From Pseudomonas aeruginosa (GTDB lineage Bacteria > Pseudomonadota > Gammaproteobacteria > Pseudomonadales > Pseudomonadaceae), in contig NZ_LN831024.1 of NCBI RefSeq assembly GCF_001457615.1, forward strand, positions 3,390,001 to 3,422,000: 32,000 nucleotides of DNA, given 5' to 3'. Positions 18,701 through 25,818 of this stretch are shown here, in pieces. The translations under genes were made by a program, and so were the position numbers. The notes beneath the pieces were generated by a model. The model saw only the letters and a list, made by a program, of their open reading frames with translations. It searched no databases and was not told the DNA's origin. Within the stretch, counting starts at the first letter, position 1; each line of letters opens with the position of its first letter.

Positions 18701-19617
18701 GGCATGCCGAGGAAGGCCGCCGCGGTACGCGGCGCCACCCCGCTGGCGGCGGCCAGCCAGTCGGCCTCGTTGCCGTCGCGGTAGCCGAGGGTCTGCAATA
18801 CCGGCACGTCCAGCGCGAGGAACTCGGCACGGCGCGCCGGGCCGTTCTGCAGGTGCTGCAGGTTGACCAGCGCCTGGACATCGGCGCCAGCGAAGGACTT
18901 CCTCAACGCTTCCGGATCGCTGTCGTCGAACCACACCGCCAGCGGCGCCTGGCCGTGCCGCTCGCTACGCCGCAACAGTTCGTCGATGGCGCCGGTCTGG
19001 GCGTCGGCGATGGCGCCGCGCGGGATCAGGAAGGCGATGCGCGGGGCGTCGCTGGCCCAGCGCGAGGCGCCCCAGGCCAGGTAGTCGGCGAGGCCGGCGA
19101 ACGGCGCCGGTGCGTCGGGATGATAGAAGCCGGCCTGCGCCAGGGGCTGCGGCGCCGGCAACGCGTCGACGGGCAGGCCGGCATGCCAGCGTCGGACCGC
19201 CTCGAACAGCCGGCGCAGGTTGGCTTCGCCGCCGTTCGCGTAGTAGCCGACCAGGCGCCCGCCCAGCGCCGCCGGCAGGTTGCCGAAACCCGGCGGACCG
19301 CCGCCGACGCGGATCCAGGGTTGCGTCCCGCCTTGCAAGCGCTCGCCCAGCGCCTGCTCGACCTGGGCGCGATCGGTCGGCCGCGGCGTGTCGAGGATCA
19401 GCAGGTCGCCGCCGTCCAGCCACTCGCCGGGCGGCGCCTCGCCGATGCCGAGGCGCAGGCCGCGCAACTCGACACCGGCCTCGCGCGCCCAACCGGCTAG
19501 GCGCTGGTGCTTGCCCGGGAGGACGAAATCGCTGCTGAGCAGACGCACCTGGGCCGGCTCCGCCCAGGCACAGAGACTGGCCAGCAGCGCGCCGCAGAAG
19601 AGTAGCGAACGGCGCAT
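15772..19617 (-). CDS. CobN/Mg-chelatase-family large protein with an N-terminal signal peptide
   Basis: The 1692-aa track ORF is trimmed to ATG 19617, giving 1281 aa. MRRSLLFCGALLASLCAWA|EP is a signal peptide. Similarity to the CobN/ChlH family extends across the protein (judged from recalled family features). The upstream part of the track ORF overlaps the receptor gene in another frame and is Arg/Pro-rich. Confidence 0.88.
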   Translation of the reverse strand: MRRSLLFCGALLASLCAWAEPAQVRLLSSDFVLPGKHQRLAGWAREAGVELRGLRLGIGEAPPGEWLDGGDLLILDTPRPTDRAQVEQALGERLQGGTQPWIRVGGGPPGFGNLPAALGGRLVGYYANGGEANLRRLFEAVRRWHAGLPVDALPAPQPLAQAGFYHPDAPAPFAGLADYLAWGASRWASDAPRIAFLIPRGAIADAQTGAIDELLRRSERHGQAPLAVWFDDSDPEALRKSFAGADVQALVNLQHLQNGPARRAEFLALDVPVLQTLGYRDGNEADWLAAASGVAPRTAAAFLGMPETWGMSDPLVISALENGEPKLMAGQAEALLDKLDRLLRLRRLPAADKHLALMFWNHPEGEKNVAASHLNVPASLARLGEALRAAGYRVATSDESALIDTAQRLLGGYYRPQTLDALYRDGLAASLPLDAYLHWFEALPADLREEMRARWGDPRRHWALRDIDGQRRFVFPAARLGNLLLLPQPPRAGRPGEAYHDSAVPPDHLYLAVYQFVREGFGADALIHFGTHGTQEWLPGKDRGLAVGDYPLRTLGDLPVFYPYIQDNVGEAIQARRRGRAVTVSHQTPSFAPAGLYDELRDLHQLIHEYQQLDEGAVRERSAEQIRAAVRAAHMNDDLGWSEVAMREDFPAFLGVLHDHLHRLAGSAMPLGLHTFGVAASPELRLGTVMQQLGEPYYRALGLDPDELFAADFRALREGRAYRTLQRYLRDGGEIAKVADPRLREQLLRARELDRQLADTGELEALLAGLAGRFVAPGPGGDPIRNPQVPSGRNLFAFEADKVPTRAAYEAGAEAFGQLLESYRAEHQGRAPEKLAFSLWSSETMRHLGIVESQALHALGLRPRWDAGGRLLALDIVPAAELGRPRVDVVLQVTSVYRDQFDGFMRLLAEAIERLAALDEPGNPLARNSQALERRLRERGVEAPLAQRLSRLRLFGNAPGDYGTGVTQLTLDSTRWDDDSALAEQFLGRLQYAYGSRDWGVKLDGGNLFAEQLKGVQAAILSRSSTLNGVLSTDHPFEYLGGLSLAVRHLDGASPALYIADLRQRQPRTTAAAQFLASELRGRYLSPQWIAAMQREGYAGSLEMLDLANNLWGWQAADRTMVRADQWQALHDTFVMDRRELGLAEWFETHNPTAQAQIIARMAEAIRKGYWDASEQTRRELAERWRQLAAAGAGEVGAATTREFIERMAGGFGEAAAQAEGAAASGAGETVSGRVLEEVAPPPSGEPQPWLRLAAAVLLALFAAGAVRQSVVNRRPMENRS

Positions 19618-21578
19618 CAGAAGCTCGCCACCAGGCCGAGATGGAAGGTCCGCCCAGGTTCGGCATAGGTGAAGTGCGTGTCGTCGTCGGCCAGGCGCTG
19701 GTCGCCAAGGTTCTCGATGCCGCCGCGCAGCGTCAGGTTCTCGCTGAGTTTCTGGCTCAGCTCCAGGTGCCACAGGCTGTAGGCCGGCAAGGCGTAGCCG
19801 ACGTTGCTGCTGTAGGCCACCTGGCTGCCGACGTATTCGGTGCGCAACTGGGCGCTGAAGCGGGCATTGGGGCTCCAGCGCAATTGGCTGTTGGCGAGGT
19901 GCCGGGAGCGATCGCCGAGGCGCTGGCCGGCGGTGCGGTTGCGCGCGTCGAGGTAGGTGTAGTTGAGTTCCCAGCGCAGGTCCGCCGGCAGGTCCACGCC
20001 GCCGCCCAGCTCGAGGCCGCGGATCCGTGCCCTGTCGACGTTCTCGTAGTTGCGTATCTCGCCGCCGCGCACCCCGCAGCGCGCTACGCAGACGGTCTGG
20101 ATCAGGTCGCGGACATCGTTCTCGAACACCGTGCCCTTCAGCGACCAGCCATCGCCCTGGTAGTCGGCGCCCAGTTCGTAGGACGTATTGGTCTCCGGCT
20201 TCAGGTCGGGATTGCCGTAGATGGTGAAGCGCCCGCCGCCACCGACCGCCGCATACTCCGGCGATAGCTGCTTCAGGCTCGGCGCCTTGTAGCCGCGGCC
20301 GACGCCGGCGCGCAGGGTCAGCGCATCGGAAAGGTGGTGCAGCAGGTACAGGCGCGGACTGCTTTCCCAGCCGAACGCCTCGTGCTTGTCGAAGCGGCTG
20401 CCGAGGGTCAGCGACCAGTCCGGGCCGAAGGCGATCTCGTCCTGCAGGAACAGCGCCTTGTGTCGCGCGCTGGCGTCGCCGGCGGTATTCACCGAGCGAT
20501 CCTCCAGTTCTTCCTTGCGCCATTCGCCGCCGAGGGTGAAGAGATGTCGCTCGAAGGCCGGCACGCTGAGGTGGCCGTCGACCACGCTGTCGGTAAGGCG
20601 CTGCGGGTTGCTCGGCGGTTGTCCGTCGGAACGCGCGTTGTGCCGCTCCAGGCGGTTGCGGTAGGTGCGCAGCTGGCTGCTGCCCCAGTCCCACTGGCCA
20701 TTGTGGGCGAGCGACCAGCGCTCGCGTTCGATCACGTCGCGCGACTCGTAGTAGCGCGAGCGCGACCCTCCGGTCTCGCTGTTGCGCCAGCGTCGTTCGC
20801 GCCCGCGCTGGTGGCCGAGGTCGATGCGCTGGGCGTCGTCCGGGGTCCAACTGAGGTTCAGCCCACCGCTGTCGGCGTTGCCGCCTTCCAGCTCGGAGAG
20901 TCGGCGCTCATCGGCGTCCGGGGTTTCCTGCTGGCGGCGGCTCTCGCCGTTCAGGGCGAGGCCCAGCTTGCCGGGCACCAGCGGCCCGGCGAGATAGGCG
21001 CCGAGCTGGTGGCTCTGCCCGCCGAGGCCGTCCTCGCGCACGCCGCCATCGAGCAGACCGCTACCCGTCCAGGTATCGGTGGCGCGCCGGGTGATCACGT
21101 TCACCACCCCGCCGAGGGCTTCCGAACCGTAGAGCGAGGACATCGGTCCGCGTACCACCTCGATACGCTCGATGCTCTCCACCGGCACCCAGCCGAGGTC
21201 GAAGTCGGAATGGGCGATGGCCCCGGACGAGGTGGAGATCCGCTGGCCGTCCACCAGCACCAGGGTGTGCTCGCTGGACATGCCGCGAACGCTGATGCCC
21301 CGCCGGGACATGCCGACGCCGTTGAACTGCAGGCTTTCCGAACCGCGCAGGGCTTCCTGCAGGTCGCGCACCGGGCGCCGCCGCAGGTCCTCGGCGGTGA
21401 TCAGCGAAACGCTGGCCGGGGCGTCGCGCAGCTTGCGCTCGGTAGTGGTGGCGCTGACCACGGTCGGCTCCAGGTCGACCGGCGCGGCCAGCGCCAGGCA
21501 GGGAAGCAGGTAGAGGAACGGCACGGCGCGGGCCAGCCGCAGCGGAGGAAGACGGTGCGGGGAGGAATGGGGGGTCAT
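19617..21578 (-). CDS. TonB-dependent outer-membrane receptor
   Basis: 653 aa. It has a signal peptide (...FLYLLPCLALAAP) and a plug region (TVVSATTTERKLRDAPASVSLITAEDL). The C-terminus ends in an aromatic residue (...FHLGLVASF). Confidence 0.9.
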   Translation of the reverse strand: MTPHSSPHRLPPLRLARAVPFLYLLPCLALAAPVDLEPTVVSATTTERKLRDAPASVSLITAEDLRRRPVRDLQEALRGSESLQFNGVGMSRRGISVRGMSSEHTLVLVDGQRISTSSGAIAHSDFDLGWVPVESIERIEVVRGPMSSLYGSEALGGVVNVITRRATDTWTGSGLLDGGVREDGLGGQSHQLGAYLAGPLVPGKLGLALNGESRRQQETPDADERRLSELEGGNADSGGLNLSWTPDDAQRIDLGHQRGRERRWRNSETGGSRSRYYESRDVIERERWSLAHNGQWDWGSSQLRTYRNRLERHNARSDGQPPSNPQRLTDSVVDGHLSVPAFERHLFTLGGEWRKEELEDRSVNTAGDASARHKALFLQDEIAFGPDWSLTLGSRFDKHEAFGWESSPRLYLLHHLSDALTLRAGVGRGYKAPSLKQLSPEYAAVGGGGRFTIYGNPDLKPETNTSYELGADYQGDGWSLKGTVFENDVRDLIQTVCVARCGVRGGEIRNYENVDRARIRGLELGGGVDLPADLRWELNYTYLDARNRTAGQRLGDRSRHLANSQLRWSPNARFSAQLRTEYVGSQVAYSSNVGYALPAYSLWHLELSQKLSENLTLRGGIENLGDQRLADDDTHFTYAEPGRTFHLGLVASF

Positions 21579-21608
21579 GGTCGGCAGGTATGAATTATGA
21601 ATATTTAT

Positions 21609-21625
21609 AAGTTATAACATAACAT
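21609..21625. promoter_or_regulatory. Zur box (zinc uptake regulator operator) in a divergent promoter region
   Basis: AAGTTATAACATAACAT matches the core of the gamma-proteobacterial Zur consensus as I recall it (ATGTTATAnTATAACAT) at 15 of 17 positions. It lies in an AT-rich island 31-47 nt upstream of the receptor ATG and 121 nt upstream of the methyltransferase ATG. Confidence 0.65.
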
Positions 21626-21745
21626 TTTCTCGAATGAAGAATGCCCGCCGTTTCTTCTTCGTCGAGGCGAGGGAACGTCTCGCTCGCCGTATCCCTCGAA
21701 GCACAGGACCCCACTCTCAACCGGGCATGCCCCCCTGGAGGAAAG

Positions 21746-22555
21746 ATGACCGCAACCGAGCAGATCATGGCGCTCCTGGAACGCTGGGACCGCCAGCAGG
21801 AGGGCTACATCCGCCAGCGCGAGGAGCGCTACGAGGCGATGTTCCAGTTGCTCGAAGACCTCTTCGGCCGCGACGGGCGCTTCACCGCCATCGACGCCGC
21901 CTGCGGCCCGGGCTCCCTCGGCCGGCGCCTGCTCGAACGCTTCCCGGCGGCGCGGGTGGTGGCGCTGGACGCCGACGTCATGCTGCTGGAGATCGCGCGT
22001 ACGGCGCTGGCCGGTTTCGCCGAGCGGGTCCGCGTGGTGGAGTGCGACCTCACCGATCCAGGCTGGACCGAACGGGTCGCCGAAGCGCGCGAGTCCCTCG
22101 CCGGCGAACGGCCCGCGGCGCTGCTCTCTTCCACCGCGTTGCACTGGCTGTCGCCCGCCGAACTCGCCGGGTTCTACGCCCAGGCCGGCGAGCTGCTCGC
22201 CCCCGGCGGCGTGCTGCTGAACGCCGACCACATGCGCTACGACCGACGCTGGCCGGGACTCGCGGAATTGTCCCGGAAGCACCGCGAGCGGGTCCTCCAG
22301 GCGTCCGTGGCCAGCGGCGCGGACAGTTGGGAAGACTGGTGGCAACGCGCCGCGCAGATCCCCCGGCTGGCCCCGCTGAAGGCGCAGCGCGACGCCCATT
22401 TCGCGCGGCGCCCGCTCAGGCGCGCCAGCGAAGACGAAGACTGCTCGCTCGATTTCCATCTCGCCGCCCTGCGCCAGGCGGGCTTCGCCGAGGCCGCCAC
22501 GGTCTGGCAGCAGTTGGACAACTACGTGGTCTTCGCCCGCCTCGCCCAGGCCTGA
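21746..22555 (+). CDS. Class I SAM-dependent methyltransferase
   Basis: Track ORF 21641..22555 trimmed to ATG 21746, which is preceded by GGAGG. Motif I is AIDAACGPGSLGRRLL, followed by VVALDAD. 269 aa. Confidence 0.85.
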   Translation: MTATEQIMALLERWDRQQEGYIRQREERYEAMFQLLEDLFGRDGRFTAIDAACGPGSLGRRLLERFPAARVVALDADVMLLEIARTALAGFAERVRVVECDLTDPGWTERVAEARESLAGERPAALLSSTALHWLSPAELAGFYAQAGELLAPGGVLLNADHMRYDRRWPGLAELSRKHRERVLQASVASGADSWEDWWQRAAQIPRLAPLKAQRDAHFARRPLRRASEDEDCSLDFHLAALRQAGFAEAATVWQQLDNYVVFARLAQA

Positions 22556-22614
22556 TACGCCGTCACCCGGGCACGGGGAATACCTCCAATGGAACCCGGG
22601 CAATCCGCCGGACG

Positions 22615-22628
22615 TTGACGCAGATCAA
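22615..22628. promoter_or_regulatory. Anr/Dnr (FNR-type) box upstream of nrdD
   Basis: TTGACGCAGATCAA matches TTGAT-N4-ATCAA at 9 of 10 specified positions. Its centre is about 92 nt upstream of the nrdD ATG, so a class II promoter would start transcription near NrdR box 1. Confidence 0.55.
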
Positions 22629-22655
22629 CGACGGCTCGGCGTCGCTCGCCAGAAT

Positions 22656-22671
22656 CCACAACATCTTGTTG
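22656..22671. promoter_or_regulatory. NrdR box 1
   Basis: CCACAACATCTTGTTG. Its reverse complement shares ATGTTGTGG with box 2. It is a partial palindrome (ACAAC...GTTGT). The centre-to-centre distance to box 2 is 31 bp, as expected for tandem NrdR boxes. Confidence 0.5.
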
Positions 22672-22686
22672 TTTTGAAAAATCAAA

Positions 22687-22702
22687 ACACATCATGTTGT
22701 GG
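22687..22702. promoter_or_regulatory. NrdR box 2
   Basis: ACACATCATGTTGTGG matches the recalled NrdR consensus acaCwAtATaTwGtgt at 12 of 16 positions. It lies immediately upstream of the nrdD SD and ATG. Confidence 0.6.
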
Positions 22703-22712
22703 AGAAGTTGAA

Positions 22713-24740
22713 ATGACCCAGCCCCGGAAGGCTACCTGGCCGGCCACCCTGCTCAAGCGCAACGGACGTGAAGTCCCTTTCGATCCCGGCAAGATCGAAC
22801 GCGCCATCGCCGCCGCCGGCCAGGCCACCGGCGAGTTCGACCCGCAGCAGGCGCAGGCGCTCGCCGAACGCGTGGTGGAACGCCTGCCGGAGCGCGCCTG
22901 CCTGGATATCGAACGGGTCCAGGACCTGGTCGAACGGGTGCTGATGGAGGCCGGCCACTACCCCACGGCGCGCGCCTACGTGGTCTACCGCGAACGCCAC
23001 GGCCGGCTGCGCCGCGAGCGCAAGACCCTGGTGGACGTCGCCGCGTCGATGAACGAATACCTGTCCCGCGAGGATTGGCGGGTGCGCGCCAACGCCAACC
23101 AGGGCTATTCCCTCGGCGGGCTGATCCTCAACGTATCCGGCAAGGTCACCGCGAACTACTGGCTGGATGAGGTCTACGATGCCGACATCGCCGCCGCCCA
23201 CCGCGACGCCGACCTGCATATCCACGACCTCGACATGCTCGCCGGCTATTGCGCCGGCTGGTCGCTGCGCACCTTGCTGAACGAAGGCCTGAACGGCGTG
23301 CCGGGGCGGGTCGAGGCCGGTCCGCCGAAGCACCTGGGCAGCGCCCTGGGGCAGATGGTCAACTTCCTCGGCACCCTGCAGAACGAGTGGGCCGGGGCCC
23401 AGGCCTTCAGCTCCTTCGATACCTACCTGGCGCCCTACGTGCGCAAGGACCGCCTCGACTACGCCAACGTACGCCAGGCCCTCCAGGAGTTCATCTACAA
23501 CCTCAACGTGCCGTCGCGCTGGGGCACCCAGACGCCCTTCACCAACCTGACCTTCGACTGGGTCTGCCCGGACGACCTGCGCGACCAGGTGCCGCGCATC
23601 GGCGGCGAGGAGATGCCCTTCGCCTACGGCGAGCTGCAGGCCGAGATGGACCTGATCAACCGCGCCTACATCGAGGTGATGCAGGCCGGCGATGCCCACG
23701 GCCGGGTATTCACCTTCCCGATCCCGACCTACAACATCACCCACGACTTCCCCTGGGACAGCGACAACGCCACGCGCCTGTTCGAGATGACCGCGCGCTA
23801 CGGCCTGCCCTACTTCCAGAACTTCCTCAACTCGGACATGCAGCCCAACCAGGTGCGCTCGATGTGCTGCCGCCTGCAACTGGACGTGCGCGAACTGCTC
23901 AAGCGTGGCAACGGCCTGTTCGGCTCGGCGGAGCAGACCGGCTCGCTGGGCGTGGTGACGATCAACTGCGCGCGCCTGGGCTATCGCCACCGTGGCGACG
24001 CCGCCGGCCTCTACCGCCAGCTCGACCACCTGCTCGAACTCGCCTTCGCCAGCCTGGAGCTGAAGCGCAAGGTGATCCAGCAGCACATGGATGCCGGCCT
24101 CTATCCCTACACCCGACGCTACCTGGGTACCCTGCGCAACCATTTCTCCACCATCGGCGTGAACGGCCTGCACGAGATGGTGCGCAACTTCAGCGACGAC
24201 CGCGAGGGACTGCACAGCGAAGCCGGGCGCGAGATGGCCCTGGCCCTGCTCGATCACGTGCGCGCGCGGCTGGTGGGTTTCCAGGAGGACAGCGGGCACC
24301 TCTACAACCTGGAAGCCACGCCCGCCGAGGGCACCACCTATCGCTTCGCCCGCGAGGACCGCAAGCGCTATCCGCGCATCCTCCAGGCCGGCACGCCGGA
24401 GGCGCCCTACTACACCAACTCCTCGCAACTGCCGGTGGGCTTCACCGACGACCCGTTCGAGGCACTGGAGCTGCAGGACGCCCTGCAATGCAAGTACACC
24501 GGCGGCACCGTGCTGCATCTCTACATGGCCGAGCGGATTTCCTCCGCCGAAGCCTGCAAGACCCTGGTGCGCACCGCCCTCGGTCGCTTCCGCCTGCCGT
24601 ACCTGACCGTCACCCCCACCTTCTCGATCTGCCCGCGGCACGGCTACCTGGCCGGCGAGCACGAGTTCTGCCCGAAGTGCGACGAGGAGCTGCTGCAACG
24701 CTCCACGCCCAAGAGCTGTTGCGGCGGCTGCGGCGGTTGA
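22713..24740 (+). CDS. nrdD: Class III (anaerobic) ribonucleoside-triphosphate reductase large polypeptide, lacking the C-terminal glycyl-radical motif
   Basis: Track ORF (TTG 22674) trimmed to ATG 22713 after GGAGAAG, giving 675 aa. It has an N-terminal ATP-cone (LLKRNGREVPFDPGKIERAI) and a Zn-ribbon region (FSICPRHGYLAGEHEFCPKCDEE). The protein ends ...KSCCGGCGG with no RxxGY...NxGK tail. Confidence 0.93.
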   Translation: MTQPRKATWPATLLKRNGREVPFDPGKIERAIAAAGQATGEFDPQQAQALAERVVERLPERACLDIERVQDLVERVLMEAGHYPTARAYVVYRERHGRLRRERKTLVDVAASMNEYLSREDWRVRANANQGYSLGGLILNVSGKVTANYWLDEVYDADIAAAHRDADLHIHDLDMLAGYCAGWSLRTLLNEGLNGVPGRVEAGPPKHLGSALGQMVNFLGTLQNEWAGAQAFSSFDTYLAPYVRKDRLDYANVRQALQEFIYNLNVPSRWGTQTPFTNLTFDWVCPDDLRDQVPRIGGEEMPFAYGELQAEMDLINRAYIEVMQAGDAHGRVFTFPIPTYNITHDFPWDSDNATRLFEMTARYGLPYFQNFLNSDMQPNQVRSMCCRLQLDVRELLKRGNGLFGSAEQTGSLGVVTINCARLGYRHRGDAAGLYRQLDHLLELAFASLELKRKVIQQHMDAGLYPYTRRYLGTLRNHFSTIGVNGLHEMVRNFSDDREGLHSEAGREMALALLDHVRARLVGFQEDSGHLYNLEATPAEGTTYRFAREDRKRYPRILQAGTPEAPYYTNSSQLPVGFTDDPFEALELQDALQCKYTGGTVLHLYMAERISSAEACKTLVRTALGRFRLPYLTVTPTFSICPRHGYLAGEHEFCPKCDEELLQRSTPKSCCGGCGG

Positions 24741-24783
24741 GTCGCCTGTCGTTCCTTTCATCCACCAGCAAGGAGTACCACCG

Positions 24784-24930
24784 ATGAACCCCAACCAGTT
24801 GCCCGAAGGCCAGCGCCAGCGCTGCGAAGTCTGGACCCGCGTGATGGGCTACCACCGTCCCGTGGCAGCGTTCAATGCCGGCAAGCAGTCCGAGCATCGC
24901 GAACGCCGCCATTTCCGCGAGACGCGATGA
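24784..24930 (+). CDS. 48-aa ORF encoding the class III RNR glycyl-radical segment (MNPNQLPEGQRQRCEVWTRVMGYHRPVAAFNAGKQSEHRERRHFRETR)
   Basis: It is too short for the ORF track; I translated it by hand. AAGGAG (24770-24775) lies 8 nt before ATG 24784. The stop TGA (24928-24930) overlaps the nrdG ATG (24927) as ATGA. TRVMGY-x-RPV-x3-N-x-GK-x2-E matches the conserved NrdD C-terminal glycyl-radical signature. Its frame is +1 relative to nrdD. Confidence 0.6.
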   Translation: MNPNQLPEGQRQRCEVWTRVMGYHRPVAAFNAGKQSEHRERRHFRETR

Positions 24931-25625
24931 GCGCCACGCTCAGGGTCGGGGGCCTGGTGCCCCTGACCACCCTCGACTACCCCGGCCTGCTCGCCTGCGT
25001 GCTGTTCTGCCAGGGCTGCGCCTGGCGCTGCCGCTACTGCCACAACCCGGAACTGATCGCGCCGCGCGGCGCGGAGGAAATCCCCTGGCCACGCCTGCTC
25101 GAATTCCTCCGCCGACGCCAGGGCCTGTTGCAGGCGGTGGTCTTCAGCGGCGGCGAGGCGACCCTGCAGGCGGCCCTCGGCGACGCCATGCGCACGGTCC
25201 GCGAACTGGGCTTCCGCGTCGGCCTGCACAGCGCCGGCATCAACCCCCGCGCCTTCGCCCGGGTGCTGGGGCAGAGCGACTGGGTGGGCTTCGACGTCAA
25301 GGCGCCGGCCGAGGACGTTGCCGCCATTACCGGCGTGGACGGCAGCGGCGCGGCCAACTGGCGCAGCCTGGAATACCTGCTGGACAGCGGCGTAGCCTAC
25401 GAATGCCGGACCACGGTGCACTGGGGCTTGTTCGATAGCGAACGCCTCTGGCGCCTGGCGACGCGCCTGCGCGGGATGGGGGTGGAGCGCTTCGCCGTAC
25501 AACTGGCGCGCCCGGCCCGCCAGCTCGATCCGCAGCTTCTCGCGAAGCCCGCGCCGCAGGGCGCTGCGCAGCTATGGCGAGAACTGGAAGAGCTGTTTCC
25601 CGCCTTCGAACTGCGCGACGCCTGA
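24927..25625 (+). CDS. nrdG: Anaerobic ribonucleotide reductase activating enzyme (radical SAM)
   Basis: 232 aa. The CxxxCxxC cluster is CAWRCRYCHNPE. SGGEATLQ is present. It sits immediately downstream of nrdD. Confidence 0.93.
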   Translation: MSATLRVGGLVPLTTLDYPGLLACVLFCQGCAWRCRYCHNPELIAPRGAEEIPWPRLLEFLRRRQGLLQAVVFSGGEATLQAALGDAMRTVRELGFRVGLHSAGINPRAFARVLGQSDWVGFDVKAPAEDVAAITGVDGSGAANWRSLEYLLDSGVAYECRTTVHWGLFDSERLWRLATRLRGMGVERFAVQLARPARQLDPQLLAKPAPQGAAQLWRELEELFPAFELRDA

Positions 25626-25818
25626 GCCTCCGGTTCAGCGGCGCCGCTCGGGCCTGCCAGCTCGCTCGGACAGGGCGGGCAGTCCCGACCAGGCCTGCCC
25701 TTCACAAGACTCATACGATCGTACGAGAGCACCTTCTCGATTCCTAGTTGCGTCCAATTGTCGCGGACGGCGCCGCTCGCCACCCTTGCTCCAGATTCAG
25801 CGACCCCGGACCCGCGCC

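Noticed and set aside
19618-20850. N-terminal extension that makes the CobN-like ORF 1692 aa in the track.
   Set aside because: The extension overlaps the TonB-dependent receptor gene in another frame and is Arg/Pro-rich. An internal ATG at 19617 gives a textbook signal peptide and shares 1 nt with the receptor stop.
21589-21602. Tandem 7-mers (TATGAAT x2, and CTGGAAT x2 near 2645-2660) considered as CRISPR or VNTR-like arrays.
   Set aside because: There are only two units each and no spacer architecture. They are better explained as promoter or AT-rich operator context.
22674-22685. TTGAAAAATCAA between the NrdR boxes, considered as an Anr/FNR site.
   Set aside because: The half-sites TTGA and TCAA are separated by 4 nt instead of the 6 nt required by TTGAT-N4-ATCAA. 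The better match is at 22615-22628.
24741-24783. Group I intron splitting nrdD, as in the phage T4 nrdD/sunY gene.
   Set aside because: The spacer is only 43 nt, far too short for a self-splicing intron. It contains an SD rather than intron-like structure.
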